Position numbers and translations under genes: made by a program. 64,000 nucleotides of DNA, from NCBI RefSeq assembly GCF_963676685.1, contig NC_092353.1, positions 50,592,001 through 50,656,000 on the forward strand, written 5' to 3'. The notes beneath the pieces are model-generated. The model worked only from the letters and a program-made list of their open reading frames with translations, was not told the DNA's origin and did no database searches. This stretch comes from Mytilus edulis. Its lineage: Eukaryota. Positions 37,801-50,332 of this stretch are shown piece by piece (position 1 is the stretch's first letter; each line of letters begins with the position of its first letter).

Positions 37801-38480
37801 TTTTTGGGGCCCTGTATAGCTTGCTGTTCAGTGAGAGCCAAGGCTCCCTGTTGAAGACCTTACTTTGACCTATAATGGTTTGCTTTTATAATGGAGAGTT
37901 GTCTCATCGGCACTCATACCATATCTTCTCATATCTATAAAGTAGCTGCCAAAGTCACAAAGTATTCATACCCAATACTTCTTTCAATCTTAAGTGCCAG
38001 TCTTTGTAAGAATCAGGCAATTTAAGTAAAAATTAAAACATGATTAGAAAAAACCCACCGAGCTAATCATGCTATTTAATACTAACCATCATCCTGAGTT
38101 AAAAATAATTGGTCTTTTGTTTGTGTGTGTCTGGTAATATCAAATAACTTAGTTAGAAAATTGGTTAGAATGATAGCAAATTACAGAGTTATCTCCCCTT
38201 TTTTGTTAATTTCTGGTACATTTCAACCAAATTGTATCTTCTATTACCAGAACAGAAAATGGAAATGAATGTTATTAAAAACATTGTCAACTGGTAAAAT
38301 AACTATAATAGCTAAAAATAAAACAAGCAAACCAAAGTAAAATCTTTTTATTTTCATTTCAGACAAGTCATAGAAGGTACAAAGACACTGAAAATGATGG
38401 AAGAACAAGAAACAATGAATCAAAGACCAATGAAAGAAATCAGAATTTTGGACTGTGGTGTGTGCAAATACGAATTCTAA
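28843..38480 (+). CDS. PPIL6: Cyclophilin-type PPIase-like 6; 8 exons: 28843-28926, 31868-31963, 32930-33118, 33523-33585, 34068-34218, 36609-36665, 37198-37333, 38363-38480 (894 nt, 297 aa)
   Basis: All GT-AG with consistent phases. PPIL6-specific N-terminus (LEVYGLINDVNFQRARYCAE..EFEWDLFIDAKRKDLRGETWSF..FTNGQLIG) is followed by a cyclophilin domain (LFSDVVPRTCENFKALCTG, HYKNSMFHRIVRNGWIQGGD, GESIYG..FEDENF, GMANKDRHTNGSQFYITL, VAFGQVIEG). Confidence 0.93.
29977..31504. mobile_element. 1.5-kb non-autonomous DNA transposon in PPIL6 intron 1, TAA TSD
   Basis: GGCCACTTTTTTTTTATT ... AATAAAAAAAAAAGTGGCC termini flanked by TAA; subterminal CCGACC motifs; internal about 62-bp direct duplication at 30190-30315. 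Confidence 0.7.
34394..34839. mobile_element. Fold-back (near-perfect palindromic) MITE with TA ends in PPIL6 intron 5
   Basis: TAGAATCATATTCAAAACAGTGTAGCTGTGGCC ... GGCCACAGCTACACTGTTTTGAATATGATTCTA; related copy at 53036-53482. Confidence 0.9.
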
Positions 38481-40459
38481 ATGTTTTTAAATAATATACA
38501 TTTGTTGTTACTTAAATGCAGGCTGGTAAAATACCTGTATAAAAAGAAATCTAAGTATTAATTTGCATCTGTGACATTTAGAATACATATTGCCTTAAAA
38601 TGTTAGGAATCGTATATCAGGGCTAAAGATAAACGCACTGCTGAATTTTTAGAATATGACAAAATATTTTTTTTTACTTTTGTCTTTTGTTAAATACATA
38701 TTTATATTATATGTTTCAAGAAAAAAGATGCAAACTTTGTGTAAATCTTCAAATCTGCCTTAAATCTATCCACTTTTTTTTGAAAGTTGAAGATGGCCTT
38801 GTATTTTGTCTTATTTACACATTTTTAAAACAATGTACATGCTTATTCATTATATATTATTGCCTGATATTTAACTACTTCTTTGTTGACTTTATGTACT
38901 TATATGACTTTAAATATTTTATTTACTATTTTAAAAAACCAAAAGATTTTTTCATTTATATATGTTAAAAGTGATATAATTTTGAAGAAAAAGTTATCAA
39001 TTTTATAGTGTGCCTTTAATTGGGACAAAATATGTACTATATGAATTTTTATTTTATCTGATTTGTTATAACAGGTTTAATATCTGTTTGATAAAATCTA
39101 AAGTTTTCATAGAAATAAAACTTTTTAAATATTAAGTATTTGTCTGTTATCTATAATGGTCTGTAACAAAGCTTTCACTGGCTAAGTCTATAGGAAATTG
39201 TAAAAAGATGGATTTACAATTACTAATTAAGAATTAAATGCTTCTTTTTATAACTTCATTGGGGAATAAAAGCATTGACTGAAGTACATTTTGTATAAAG
39301 CGCGGAAGCACTTCATACTAAAAATGTGCGCACGGACTTATACTTATAATTACATTTTTTAGTTAGGATCATGAAAACACAATTTTTATCAAGTTTTTAT
39401 TTAATTCACCTGTGCACTTTATTGTGGAACCTCATGTCATCATGAATGATAAATTTTATTGTGTAATGCAATTGATTAAGGAATAACGTGAGATGTGCAG
39501 TCAGCCAATCGGAATAACGTATTATAATGAAACATACATCTAATGTAATTATTAGGTGATATTGCTGTTGTTACATATTTGGTACATTTCTGTGGAATGA
39601 TAGTAATTTGAGTAGTCTCCCCTTGACCGTTGATTTACAATGATTGCATTATTCTGTGGGTCCAAGGAGCTTTTCTGAAATAAACTTAATGAAGGTGGGG
39701 CAAAAGATACCAGAGGGACAGTCAAACTCATAGATCAAAAAATAAACTGACAATGCCATGGCTACAAAAGAAAAAGACAAACAGACAAATAATAGTACAT
39801 AAAACACAACATAGAAAAGTAAAGACTTAGCAACAGGAATCCCACCAAAAACGGGGTGAGCTTAGGTGCTCCAGAAGAGTAAGCAGATCTTGCTCCAAAT
39901 ATGGCACCTGTCATAACTAAACATTTGAGGTCAATGATTAATATATAGGTATGAAAGTATTTATTCTGTGAAATGAAATATAAATTGACATATTTCTGCA
40001 AGCTGCCAGATTATGAATTCAGTTTATTAAAGTATTTATGCAGTTAAAAAGAGAATTTGTAATTAGCAAAAATGTTAAGTGAAATGAGAAATACAAATTA
40101 GTCAGCATGGCCTGAATGTCAACTGACTCCTTTTGAGAGTAATGGCCCCTGAATGACCATTTTTACTAATTTTATGAAATTTTTGTAGAAATAAAGATAG
40201 AGAGCAATTATACGTAGCAAAAATTATAGTTTTTCGAATAAGTCAACATGATTTAAAGTATCAACTGACAGGAGTTTTTGACTTTATGAGATTATATTTC
40301 TACTTCTACTTCTACCAATACGCTGCCACCACCCATTAGTTGATTATTTTGCCACTTTTGGATGCACAATTAAAATTTAGACAAGAAATAAGTATTTAAT
40401 TGATTTGAATTTGTGCTATACATCATATATATACAGTGAATTTAAAAACATCTTGGCGT

Positions 40460-40985
40460 TGATCTAGTTCATCTCATGTAGGTAAGTCTTGAAGCATTCA
40501 AGACTACCTGCATTGGTGGCAGTATGTGGTAGGGCATTCCAGTCTCTTGTCTCTTGTCCTTGGGTAAACAGATTCCTTCCGCACTTCGGTCCTATAAGAT
40601 GGTACTTGGTACCCATTAGTGTTGATGTTTCTGGATAGCCTATCTGGTGGAATGAGAGTATAAGTGATGTCAACTTTCACCATACCGTTGGCAAGTTTAT
40701 ACATCATCGTAAGCCTTGATGTCCTCCTAAGGTCTTCAAAGGGTTTTCCATTCTAGTTGATTAAGCGTGTCACTAACAGATAATGTGTTATGATATCTTT
40801 TAGTGACACATCTGGCTGCTCAACTCTGTACCTTTTCCAGTCGGTTTTTGTTGTTTTGTTGATAGGGAACCCAGACTGTACATGCATATTCTAGAGTCGG
40901 TCTTACAAGTGATTTGTATGCAGGTTCTTTTATTGTGTTGTTATTAGTGTTCAAGTTACGTTTGAAGAAGCCTATGGTCCCCACT
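40460..40985 (-). mobile_element. 5'-truncated, degraded LINE (CR1-group) RT C-terminus
   Basis: YKSLVRPTLEYACTVW..RLEKVQ, MMYKLANG, RDWNALP split across frames with stops. Confidence 0.8.
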
Positions 40986-43035
40986 TTGCTTTTTGTGTAC
41001 AAATCATAATAGAGAGAAACAGAAACAAGAAAAAAATGTGTAGTACAATTAGAAGATCTACAATCAGTTATCTTTGCCAAAATTGTCAACCATGTAGAAG
41101 TTATGTCCCCTAATTGATGATTTTTTTTATAAAAACTTAAGGAGTTACAGATAAACTTTTACAAGCAAAATAAGATCAATTGGCAAACAGCATGGCCAAA
41201 TTAGTTTTAGGATTTATTGCCATTAAAATCAGCAAATATCGCAATAAAGGAATATAGACATCAAATTCCATAAAAAGTGAGCGATTCAGTGGAGCCTCTT
41301 GTTTAAAAAGGTAAAATTTTATTGCATTTACAAGCAAATTTAGGTCTTCTGATGATGCACAATTAGAGCAGCCCAATTAATACCTTTTTTTGCCCTTTTT
41401 ACAAAGTCAATACCTACATTTGTTAAGACTAAAAAATAGATTGAAAAAATGCCCAGGTGGCTTACATTTTTTTAGAAGCACAAGCAGACAGAAATTCAAC
41501 AGCACAAGAAAATGAATGTAAACAAGATAGTTTTTATTTTTATCGGTATTTTTGTAATATTTTTTACTGGATGGTAGTCAGTTCCTCTCAATCACTGACT
41601 TACAGTAGTTTTCGAATCATGACACCGGCTATAACGTATGCTAATTACATAGGTATTCATTTGAATTTTCCAAAAGCGAAATGGAACACTTCTAGTTACT
41701 TAAAATTCCAAAGCATGACTTTCATGTATATAGACCATTATAAAACGACAACAGCAGAGTCATACATAAAATCGCCCCCATGGTGAGATGTACCTCAATC
41801 ATTTTTTTTATGTTGCCTACCCACATAAAAAGCAGCCTACGGTCCTCGAAAAAAAAATTAATGACACAAATTGTTTATTTTTTTTCTCTCTTTCTTCTCT
41901 ATCATTTTTTAAAAATATGTAATGTATACTATTGGCAAAAAATAAACAAAGCCCTACCTATCTAACCATGCAAGTCATGGGTAGGCAACATCAGACAACG
42001 ATTTTTCTTCACCTTGTGATATACAGGTACTCAAATACTTGGGGGGGGGGGGGGGGGGGGGGGGAATGAGCAATGTCTCCATTTAAGTTACATAATTTGC
42101 AAAGAATAGCTATTTCTTTATCAAGTTCACTTGTTTTCATATATTAAACGTTTTACTTCAAATGAAGGGACATGCTGGTTAAACGCCAATCATAAGACAG
42201 CAACCCAACGACTCAATTAACAAAAAGACGTCTCAAGGCACTTACTTAGGATTTCAACAGCAGACTGTATAAGCAACAAGTCAGTCTCTAATTCGCACGA
42301 GTTTAAAAAAGTGAATGAATTGATCAGAGACATCAAGTTTTACAAAGGTTAAATAAAAAATAAATACTTTGTAATATAAACAATATGTACAGGAAAAGCA
42401 CTTTACTTTATTTAGAAATATTGGCGGTCACGTGAGAGCAATCAGCAGTTTTTATGAGAAAAGAAAATAACAATGATCAATATCCGACAAAAGTACATAG
42501 AGTATTCTTCACGTCCTCCGCATTTCAGCGAAAATCTCGATTAAAGTCACGATATTTCTTATTTAAGCTGCCTCCCAGTAGATATTTTCGCCTTTCATAG
42601 ACAACTTTCCTGCACGTTCGTTTAAACTTACATCTAGTGTTCGCTGTGAAGGTTTTTTTGCCATAAAAGTATAATCAAACTATACAAAACAAGATTACGG
42701 GTGTCGCATGATTAGCATGATCTGCTGATCTTTCCAGAGCACACGAGCTCACTCCCGGTATATGGGGCTTTTGTGTTTGGCATTTTTAATCTAATATGCA
42801 GTGTTTTGTATAGACTTTCTACTTAAATAGTAAAAAAAACCTTTGGTATCTTCAGCATCAAAAAGAATTATTTTATCGGCACTCCAGCATATTACATTCC
42901 CTCCAATTCGAAACATTTGGCCCAAAACAAAGTTTTTATATGCACCAACAAATCTTATTGCGGCATATTTAGGAAGAGTATAAAGATAATCTTTGTGCAA
43001 CTGGAATATGTGTGTGGCAGGGTTTTTTAAACCAT

Positions 43036-43190
43036 CTAATAAAAAGTGTATTGCTTTTGTTTATTATAATAAAAAGTGTATTACTTTTGTTTATTATAAT
43101 AAAAAGTGTATTGCTTTTGTTTATTATAATAAAAAGTGTATTGCTTTTGCTTATTATATGTTGAAGTGTATTGCTTTTGTTTATTATATG
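43036..43190. repeat. 30-bp tandem repeat, about 5 copies
   Basis: TAATAAAAAGTGTATTGCTTTTGTTTATTA repeated. Confidence 0.9.
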
Positions 43191-43797
43191 TTTGATGCCC
43201 AAGTTAATATTTAAATCAGTTCCTTGGTCTATATTTTCACTAGGAGTTGTCTCACCTGCAATACTAGGCCACTAAAACAAAAAAATGATTTGTGTATTCT
43301 CTGTTTGTTAGGGCCCCGCCTCGTGCCGGGTTGCCCTATAGTGATCAGTCTGTCCGTCCGTCCGTAACAAATTGTGTCCGCTCTATGCTTAGAGAACATG
43401 TTTAGAGAACCGTTCTACTTTCATATTTTTTACTTGATATGTATACTAACCAACACCAGAAGGTATGTCAAAATGCTCTACAACTCTCTAGGTAAAAATT
43501 CAAGGTCAAAAACTTTGGTTTTAGTTGACAACCCCATGTCCTATGGTAAAGACCGAGTCCACTCTATATCTTGAGAACCGTTATGATTTAAAGATTATAC
43601 TCGACACGTATTTTAACCATCACGATAGAGGTGTGTCAGAATGTATGTTCAACTTCCAAGGTCAAACGTCTGTACTTCTGTCGGTCGGTCCGGTTGTCCG
43701 TGCCTGACATAATGCGTTCGCTCTATATCTAGAGAATCGTTATGATTTCATACTTCATACATATGTAATAACTGTAAAAAGTGCTTCATATCAGCTT

Positions 43798-43942
43798 CAG
43801 TGGCGGATCCAGGGGGTTCCGGGTGTTGGAACCCTCCATTTTTGGGGCCGATCAATGCATTTGAATGGGGACATATAGTTGGAACCCCACCTTTATTCAA
43901 TGTTGGGAATACCCCCTTTTAAAATGACTGGATCCGCCCCTG
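43798..43942. mobile_element. CAG..CTG MITE with 5-bp TSD (AGCTT)
   Basis: TIRs and identical flanking 5-mers. Confidence 0.8.
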
Positions 43943-46900
43943 AGCTTATCCATTCAATTTTTTGTTATCATACTTCATTTATAACGGGGCGCACAGAGAT
44001 GGCTCCCATCTCAATGATGTCGAGTTCCATTTTAATTTTGGGTGAACTATGAATGCTATCCCATGATTCTATAATGATTGTTTAACCATTTCATTCACTA
44101 TAGTATATGATGAAAATGGTAGGACAGACATTCTCCTAAATCATATTTAAATTAAAGTAGTTTATAGTGATAGTTATTAAAAATAATAACAATCCACAAA
44201 CAAAATCAAATATTTTCCCGATTATTGCCTTTATTTTCTTTTATTGACTAAATCAGTATTTTGCAGTGATGATTAGATTCTAACATCTAAAAATTTTAAA
44301 ACGAAATTAAAGACGGCTGCCATCGGTGGAAATTATAATTCCTAGCCCTGAGAAATACAGATATAATTCTATAAAATGTACTTAATGTGTATGCTTTTCT
44401 ATATAAATGATTAATTTACTATGTTTCTTCAAAACACTTGTGATCTGTTAAGTAGAATATACGTACGTCTCATAATAACACACAGTAACGAGCCTCCTCC
44501 TGGGGTTTTTGTTCATGTGATTTCTTTGCCATATTTATTTATAGTGATTATTTGATTTTAAGACCCATCGTTTCATATGATTATTTGATAATTTAGGAGT
44601 GTTTTTTTTATTATTTGATTATCTTGATTATCTATAATAATTAATGATTATGTGATAATTTTGGCAAAATATTTGTGATTATATGATTATTTGGACACCC
44701 GCATCAGCTAGGGGCCTCAGTAACAAAGAATTATCAGGATAAGTTCAATCGAGGGTCCAAGCTCTTGTCGACACGTCAAGGCGAAACCATGGTAACGGAA
44801 GGATGTTGAACATTAGTAAACTATAAAGAGAAAACATTTTATATTAAATTTAACAAGCTAAACTCATTACCTGATTTAGACAGCAATAAGGAAGGAAACT
44901 TTTAATCTCTATACAAACAGCTCAATATTGACTTCTTATAGGGAAGTATAAGTGCATACAGATTATCTCTTGAAAGCAGACATATATTTACAGCTACATG
45001 TAGTCTATCACATTTGCATTAATACGGTTAGGCAGATCCGCAGTCTAATCAAAATATAGAACTCTGATGCCGTTAAACTCATATGGAGTATAACGAAATC
45101 AGAATAAGGAGTATAACGAAATCAAAGTTCTGTATTTTGATTAGACTGAAGCTATACGTTATAAGTAATGACCGTTGAGAAAATGTTGACTAAAAAAATG
45201 TCCAACTTTGATTTTATATATCATGGACTCTTCTCTTTATTCAGATGAATACAAGGGTATCCACAAAATTCCTTCCTGTATAAACTCTTCAAATATACAG
45301 CACACTTTTTTTCATCGGGAGTTTCTGGACATGATATTTAAAAAAAAAAAAAGGCTTCGACTTTTACATTGCAGTGAAATAATTCTGTAATAGGTATCAT
45401 GTATCATGGCTACCTTACTGCTTGGTAAAGAGCGAACATTGGCCAGGGATATAAAATGACCAGAGTTTTTGTCTATCTTCTAGTTCTGTTATCAGCGATG
45501 TACTTTTTGATTTCAGTTGCTAAAATAACCCTGACGATTTAAATGGGTTTATTTGCTTTTATGAAATCATTATCAACATGTCGTCAAGTTGTGCAATGTC
45601 ATTTTTCTTTATCATTATGTCAAGCGTAGACTACTCCTTCGAGAGGACTTTTACACGGATGTTAACAATCTTTTATTTATCAAATATACAATTTATCTAA
45701 TTTAATGATAAATGAACGAAATACTATTCACCTTGATAATCAGTATCATATAGGATGAACAAATCCTGTCGAAATTCAGACTGTAAACTGTATTCAGGTG
45801 TAGTCCGGTTGTGAAATTTCCATTTATGATACCCAAATTAAATTGCTTTAACATTACAGACGCGTTTTAACATGCAGTTATATTCTATATACAGTAACAT
45901 ACTAGTATGTACTTCCTGAATTGTATGTATCCGTCATAAAATTGTTTTCTAATCTCAATCAGTGAGAAATATTAAGCCCCACCCCACGCCAACCGAATCC
46001 TCCATTGCTGAGTGAAGCGGTTGTAGTGACACATATATTTTTTACAATGACGGTTGCTAGTGATAAGATTTATTCTAATTGGCACTGGATCGATTGAGAG
46101 AAAACTAATCACGGTTACAAACTCAAACCGAGGTATACACATAAACCATAAGAGGAAAACAACGAACAAAATATCACTGGAGTGCAACATAAACAAACGA
46201 CAATGCAACGTTCATAGAAAAGAACTATTTAGATAACAACTGACATATTCTTGACTTACAGGTCATTTTATGAAAAAATGGTGGGTTGCCAAATTGAGCC
46301 TGGTTTTGTGGCTAGCCAAACCTCGCGCTTAAGGGCAATGTTGAATATATAGCGAAAATGACAACATTGCATGGCGGGGTTAAACTATAAATAAATGCAA
46401 CCACGTTCTCTTTCAAACGTGTTGTCAGTTTTGAATAATTAGCTAGTTCGTCGTGAGTGGTCGGTTTTTGAGGAAGGAAGGTCTCCAACTAACCTCACTT
46501 TAATGTTTGTCAAAACTTATATACTTCTCTTCCTCTTAAATACAAGTACTTGTTGACTTTATTGCCATCCCCTCGTTTTATTTTAATTAACTAGTTTTCC
46601 GGCACTTTATTACATGTTCTTTTGAAAATAAACTGTTAACAATTGTTAATGTTTCAGTAAAGATAATAGAGAACCTTTGAAAACTTTGAAAAATTATAAT
46701 AAAAAATCACTCTTCTGTTGGTGTTTAAAAAAAATTTGCTAGACACCTGGTATTGACTTGTTTTAATGAACATGCATGAATATTTGATAAAAGTGGTGGA
46801 AAAGAAAGCTTACTAAAATTTAAAAAGGGGGAGGGCAATGAAATCAATTTAGTAAAATATTGATGAAGTAAAACCGACTGGTTTCAGCCACACATGCACT

Positions 46901-47263
46901 CAGTCATAGAGTATAGCAAGCAAAAGATCGTCTAACCATGGAAGTATTACATTCGATATAATATTTCCATGGCCTGGCTTATATTAAATCATTAAAGTGT
47001 TCTAATAATTTTAACTTTAATTGACCCACTTCGCGGACAACCGATCCTTCAAGTTGAGGGTCCTATTTGATTTTCCGATTGATACTTGACGTCATCCGTT
47101 ATTGGAATGTGATAGTTATTCATATACCTCACATATGATAAGCTCATGTGACCTTGGTAAAACACTTAAATAGCTATGTATATCTCTTCCGTCTTCACAA
47201 GCTTTTGTAGTTTTCAGAAAATAGCAGTTTAATATTTTCATCCTGTAATCTTTAAGATCGACG

Positions 47264-49210
47264 ATGGACGTTACATATAGGAGCACCATATTGCTAGTGG
47301 TTATATTCTTTGCAGCAGTAAATTCTAAACCTGGAATTGGTAGGTCATATTTGAACATTTTAAAAAATTCATATGATTGTGCAAAACGCTATTTTTATTC
47401 TTCCTGGCTATAATTTTATTTGATTACTTCCTTATTTGAAGGTTATCGTTTTAAATTTACCATATCAATTTCAAACTGTTAAAATAATATACTGCTATTC
47501 GTTTAATTTCTATATGTAAACTTGGATACAACATATTTTGTATGCGGTTAAAAGGGTGTATTTCCAACAAGAATACTATTTGAATATTGATCTTAAACAA
47601 ATAAATAACATACCAATTCTCTTAAAATTCAGTTGTTAACTCGTTTTTGGAATTTCAACAACTCTGGTTCGTTTAAAAAGATAATTTCATGTGATTTTTA
47701 TCAGTAAAATTTAAAATCGCAGAAATAGAATTCTGTTTTAATAGAGCATGGATAAATAAAATTATGGGGAAATAAATGCCTATGTTTTTAAAATACAAGT
47801 TTATGATAAAAAAAAATCCGGAGGAAAAGGGAAGGTTAACAACATTTCCGTAAAAACGAGGATGTGCTATCCCGTTTGAAATAAGTTTTCTACAGGTACA
47901 ACCAAACTTCATAACAAAATCTTTATATCTATGGAAAAATCTAGTAAAGGTTTTAAGTAATTTATGGTCACGATATCCCTGGTTTAATAATTTACCAGTA
48001 ATACAAAGATTGCGTTCGTTAAAATCAAAAACGTCACAACAGACACGGGCATATAGCGAACGAGCTGTGAAATATAAACACCGTAAGATGGTGCCAATGG
48101 AACATCACCATCTAAAAATGGAAAATTAACAATAGGTAACGAAAAATCGTCTCTTTTGTCGTAAATTTTAGTGTGGAGTTTCCCGTTTAAAACCGAAATA
48201 TCTAAATCCAGGAAAGGATAGTTATTTCCGAATAAATTTGATTTAAGTATAACTGTTGATGTAAATGTCCTTTGGTTTTGTGAGTCTTTGATTGCTCCTT
48301 GTTTTTGTTTATTATTGTCTTATCATAAAACAAATAGATAAAAAATGAGTGTGTATAGGTCAGAAAAGTATATAAAAAATAACAAATATGTAGACATGTT
48401 TAGTGAAAGTGTTTTTGGTACTATTTTTATGCATTGAAAAATATAAAGATTGAAATATTTTAATGTAAAGACTTAAACAAAACTAGAGTAATAAAATACT
48501 TGTATAAAGAAGGGACAAAAAGACACAGCGATCACTGCTTAAGACTTGTTTTATCGATTTTCGGTTAACCAATCTGTTGAGATTACAATCATCTTCAGTA
48601 TATTTTGTATTTTTCAGTGCCGAGGAATGTCAATGCATTTGAAGCAGCAACTGTCAGTCAGACAACAACCGACCAAAACACATCAGCTAGTTCTGCAACA
48701 ACTACAAGAAACTCAAACATTACTGGTCAGACAACCGAACGCTCTAATGTTACCATCCAAACAACGATAACTCCAAATATCACGAAAGGACCGACAACGG
48801 AACATTCTAACATTACTGTTGAGCCAACAACTCAAAATTCAAATATTACGATGGAACCCGTAACTAAGGCATCAAACGTGACACTGGAACCAACAACGAA
48901 AAACCCAAATGTTACAGTGGAACCAACAACTACAAACCCTAATGTTACAGTAGAACCAACAACGAAAAACCCAAATATTACAGTAGAAACATCAACTCAC
49001 CCAAGTAATATGACTACACCAATGTCAACTCCAAAAACGAAACCACATCCAACAACACATGCAATGCCGACCACTACAAAGAAGTATAAATTTAATGGTG
49101 CAAGTTTTGTAGGAGGAATAGTTTTGGGAGTCGGAGTATCAGTTGTTATAATAATGATTGTTTACTTTTTGAAATGCAGAAAAAGTGATGCCGGTTACGA
49201 TAGAATGTGA
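47264..49210 (+). CDS. CD164/porimin (MGC-24 family)-like type I sialomucin, copy A; exons 47264-47339 and 48618-49210 (222 aa)
   Basis: Signal-peptide exon MDVTYRSTILLVVIFFAAVNS, phase-1 intron, Thr/Pro/Asn mucin stalk, family signature FNGASFVGGIVLG (CD164 has FDAASFIGGIVL), TM helix, tail GYDRM (YxxPhi). Confidence 0.88.
47835..48300 (-). mobile_element. Penelope-like element RT fragment in the mucin A intron
   Basis: Minus strand reads YDKRDDFSLPIVNFPFLDGDVPLAPSYGVYISQLVRYARVC..KLLNQGY; absent from paralogue B. Confidence 0.75.
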
Positions 49211-49939
49211 ACCTAACAATTGCTTATAATAGTACTTTTGGTAATCTCATTTGCTTAATACTGATTTTACATATAAGACCACTATAGTTTATCCTAATGT
49301 CATCGTCTCGTACTATGTGAATTCCAATGATCATTATATATGTATGTAAAAGAAGGAGTTCATTACTAGTATACAAAACTCACAGGAATGGAAGAGTGCT
49401 TTTATTTTGTGCTTTATATTAAAGTCAAAATGAGACATCCAACACATGATCATAGTTCACACATCAATGCAAGTTCAAGATGGAACATCAATTTTGGGAA
49501 CACAAGTGAAAGATTACATTTTCAATGTATTTGTTTTTGTATGATTTACAATTTGTTTTTGTTATATAAAATATTTCTTAAACAGAGTTTTGTTAGCTTT
49601 TTTGTCAATTACTATATACTATAGTTGTTTGATGATTTTGTGTGCTTTACTTGTCTTCCAATGGCAAATATCTCATACATGTTAGGACGAGAACAATTTA
49701 ACAATAAATGTAATAGGTATAAGTCCTGCTGTAAGGGATCAGCCGAAATTATGGGCTGTAAATAGTAATGCCACTGAAAAATTAGGCTATACTACATAAG
49801 AACAGAAACCCAGTCTTACAACAGGCCAATTACCGGACTTTCAAAGAGTCGCAAGTGTTTTTGACGTGCAGAGAGCGAGACACGAGTTCACAAGTAACAG
49901 TCCACAGGGAGACACACCACCTAATCCCGCCCAAAGGGA

Positions 49940-50332
49940 GACATGTCACATAATCTGACACATACTTCTGACTCAAAGTCGACTAGTTTTTGCGCACACT
50001 CCTTAATCAATGCTGCGTGCTTAGCGGAGAAGCAGCAAATACTAATTTTAATCTGCCTACCCTTCCGGAGCACCTGGTATCACCCTCAGTTTTTGGTGGG
50101 TTCCGTGTTGCTCAGTCTTTAGTCTTTATGTTGTTTCTTGTGTACTATAAATATTAGTTTTGTCTGTTTGTCTTTTCCATTTTTAGCCTTTTTTCGAGTT
50201 TTACTGTTCCTCTGGTATCTTTCGCCCCTCTTTTAAGATCTTTTAAGTCTTTAGTTTTACCAGGCCGGGGTTCAAACCTACAACCTCTCGCACTCGAGGC
50301 AAATACGCTACCACGACACCATTGAGGCGGTT
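49940..50332 (-). mobile_element. tRNA-derived SINE, interrupted by another repeat (about 50053-50235)
   Basis: Minus-strand head ACCGCCTCAATGGTGTCGTGGTAGCG (A box) ... GGTTTGAACCCCGG (B box), followed by a SINE-like body. Confidence 0.65.

Noticed and set aside
50255-50332. tRNA gene
   Set aside because: A and B boxes are present but the cloverleaf is poor and it continues into a SINE body.
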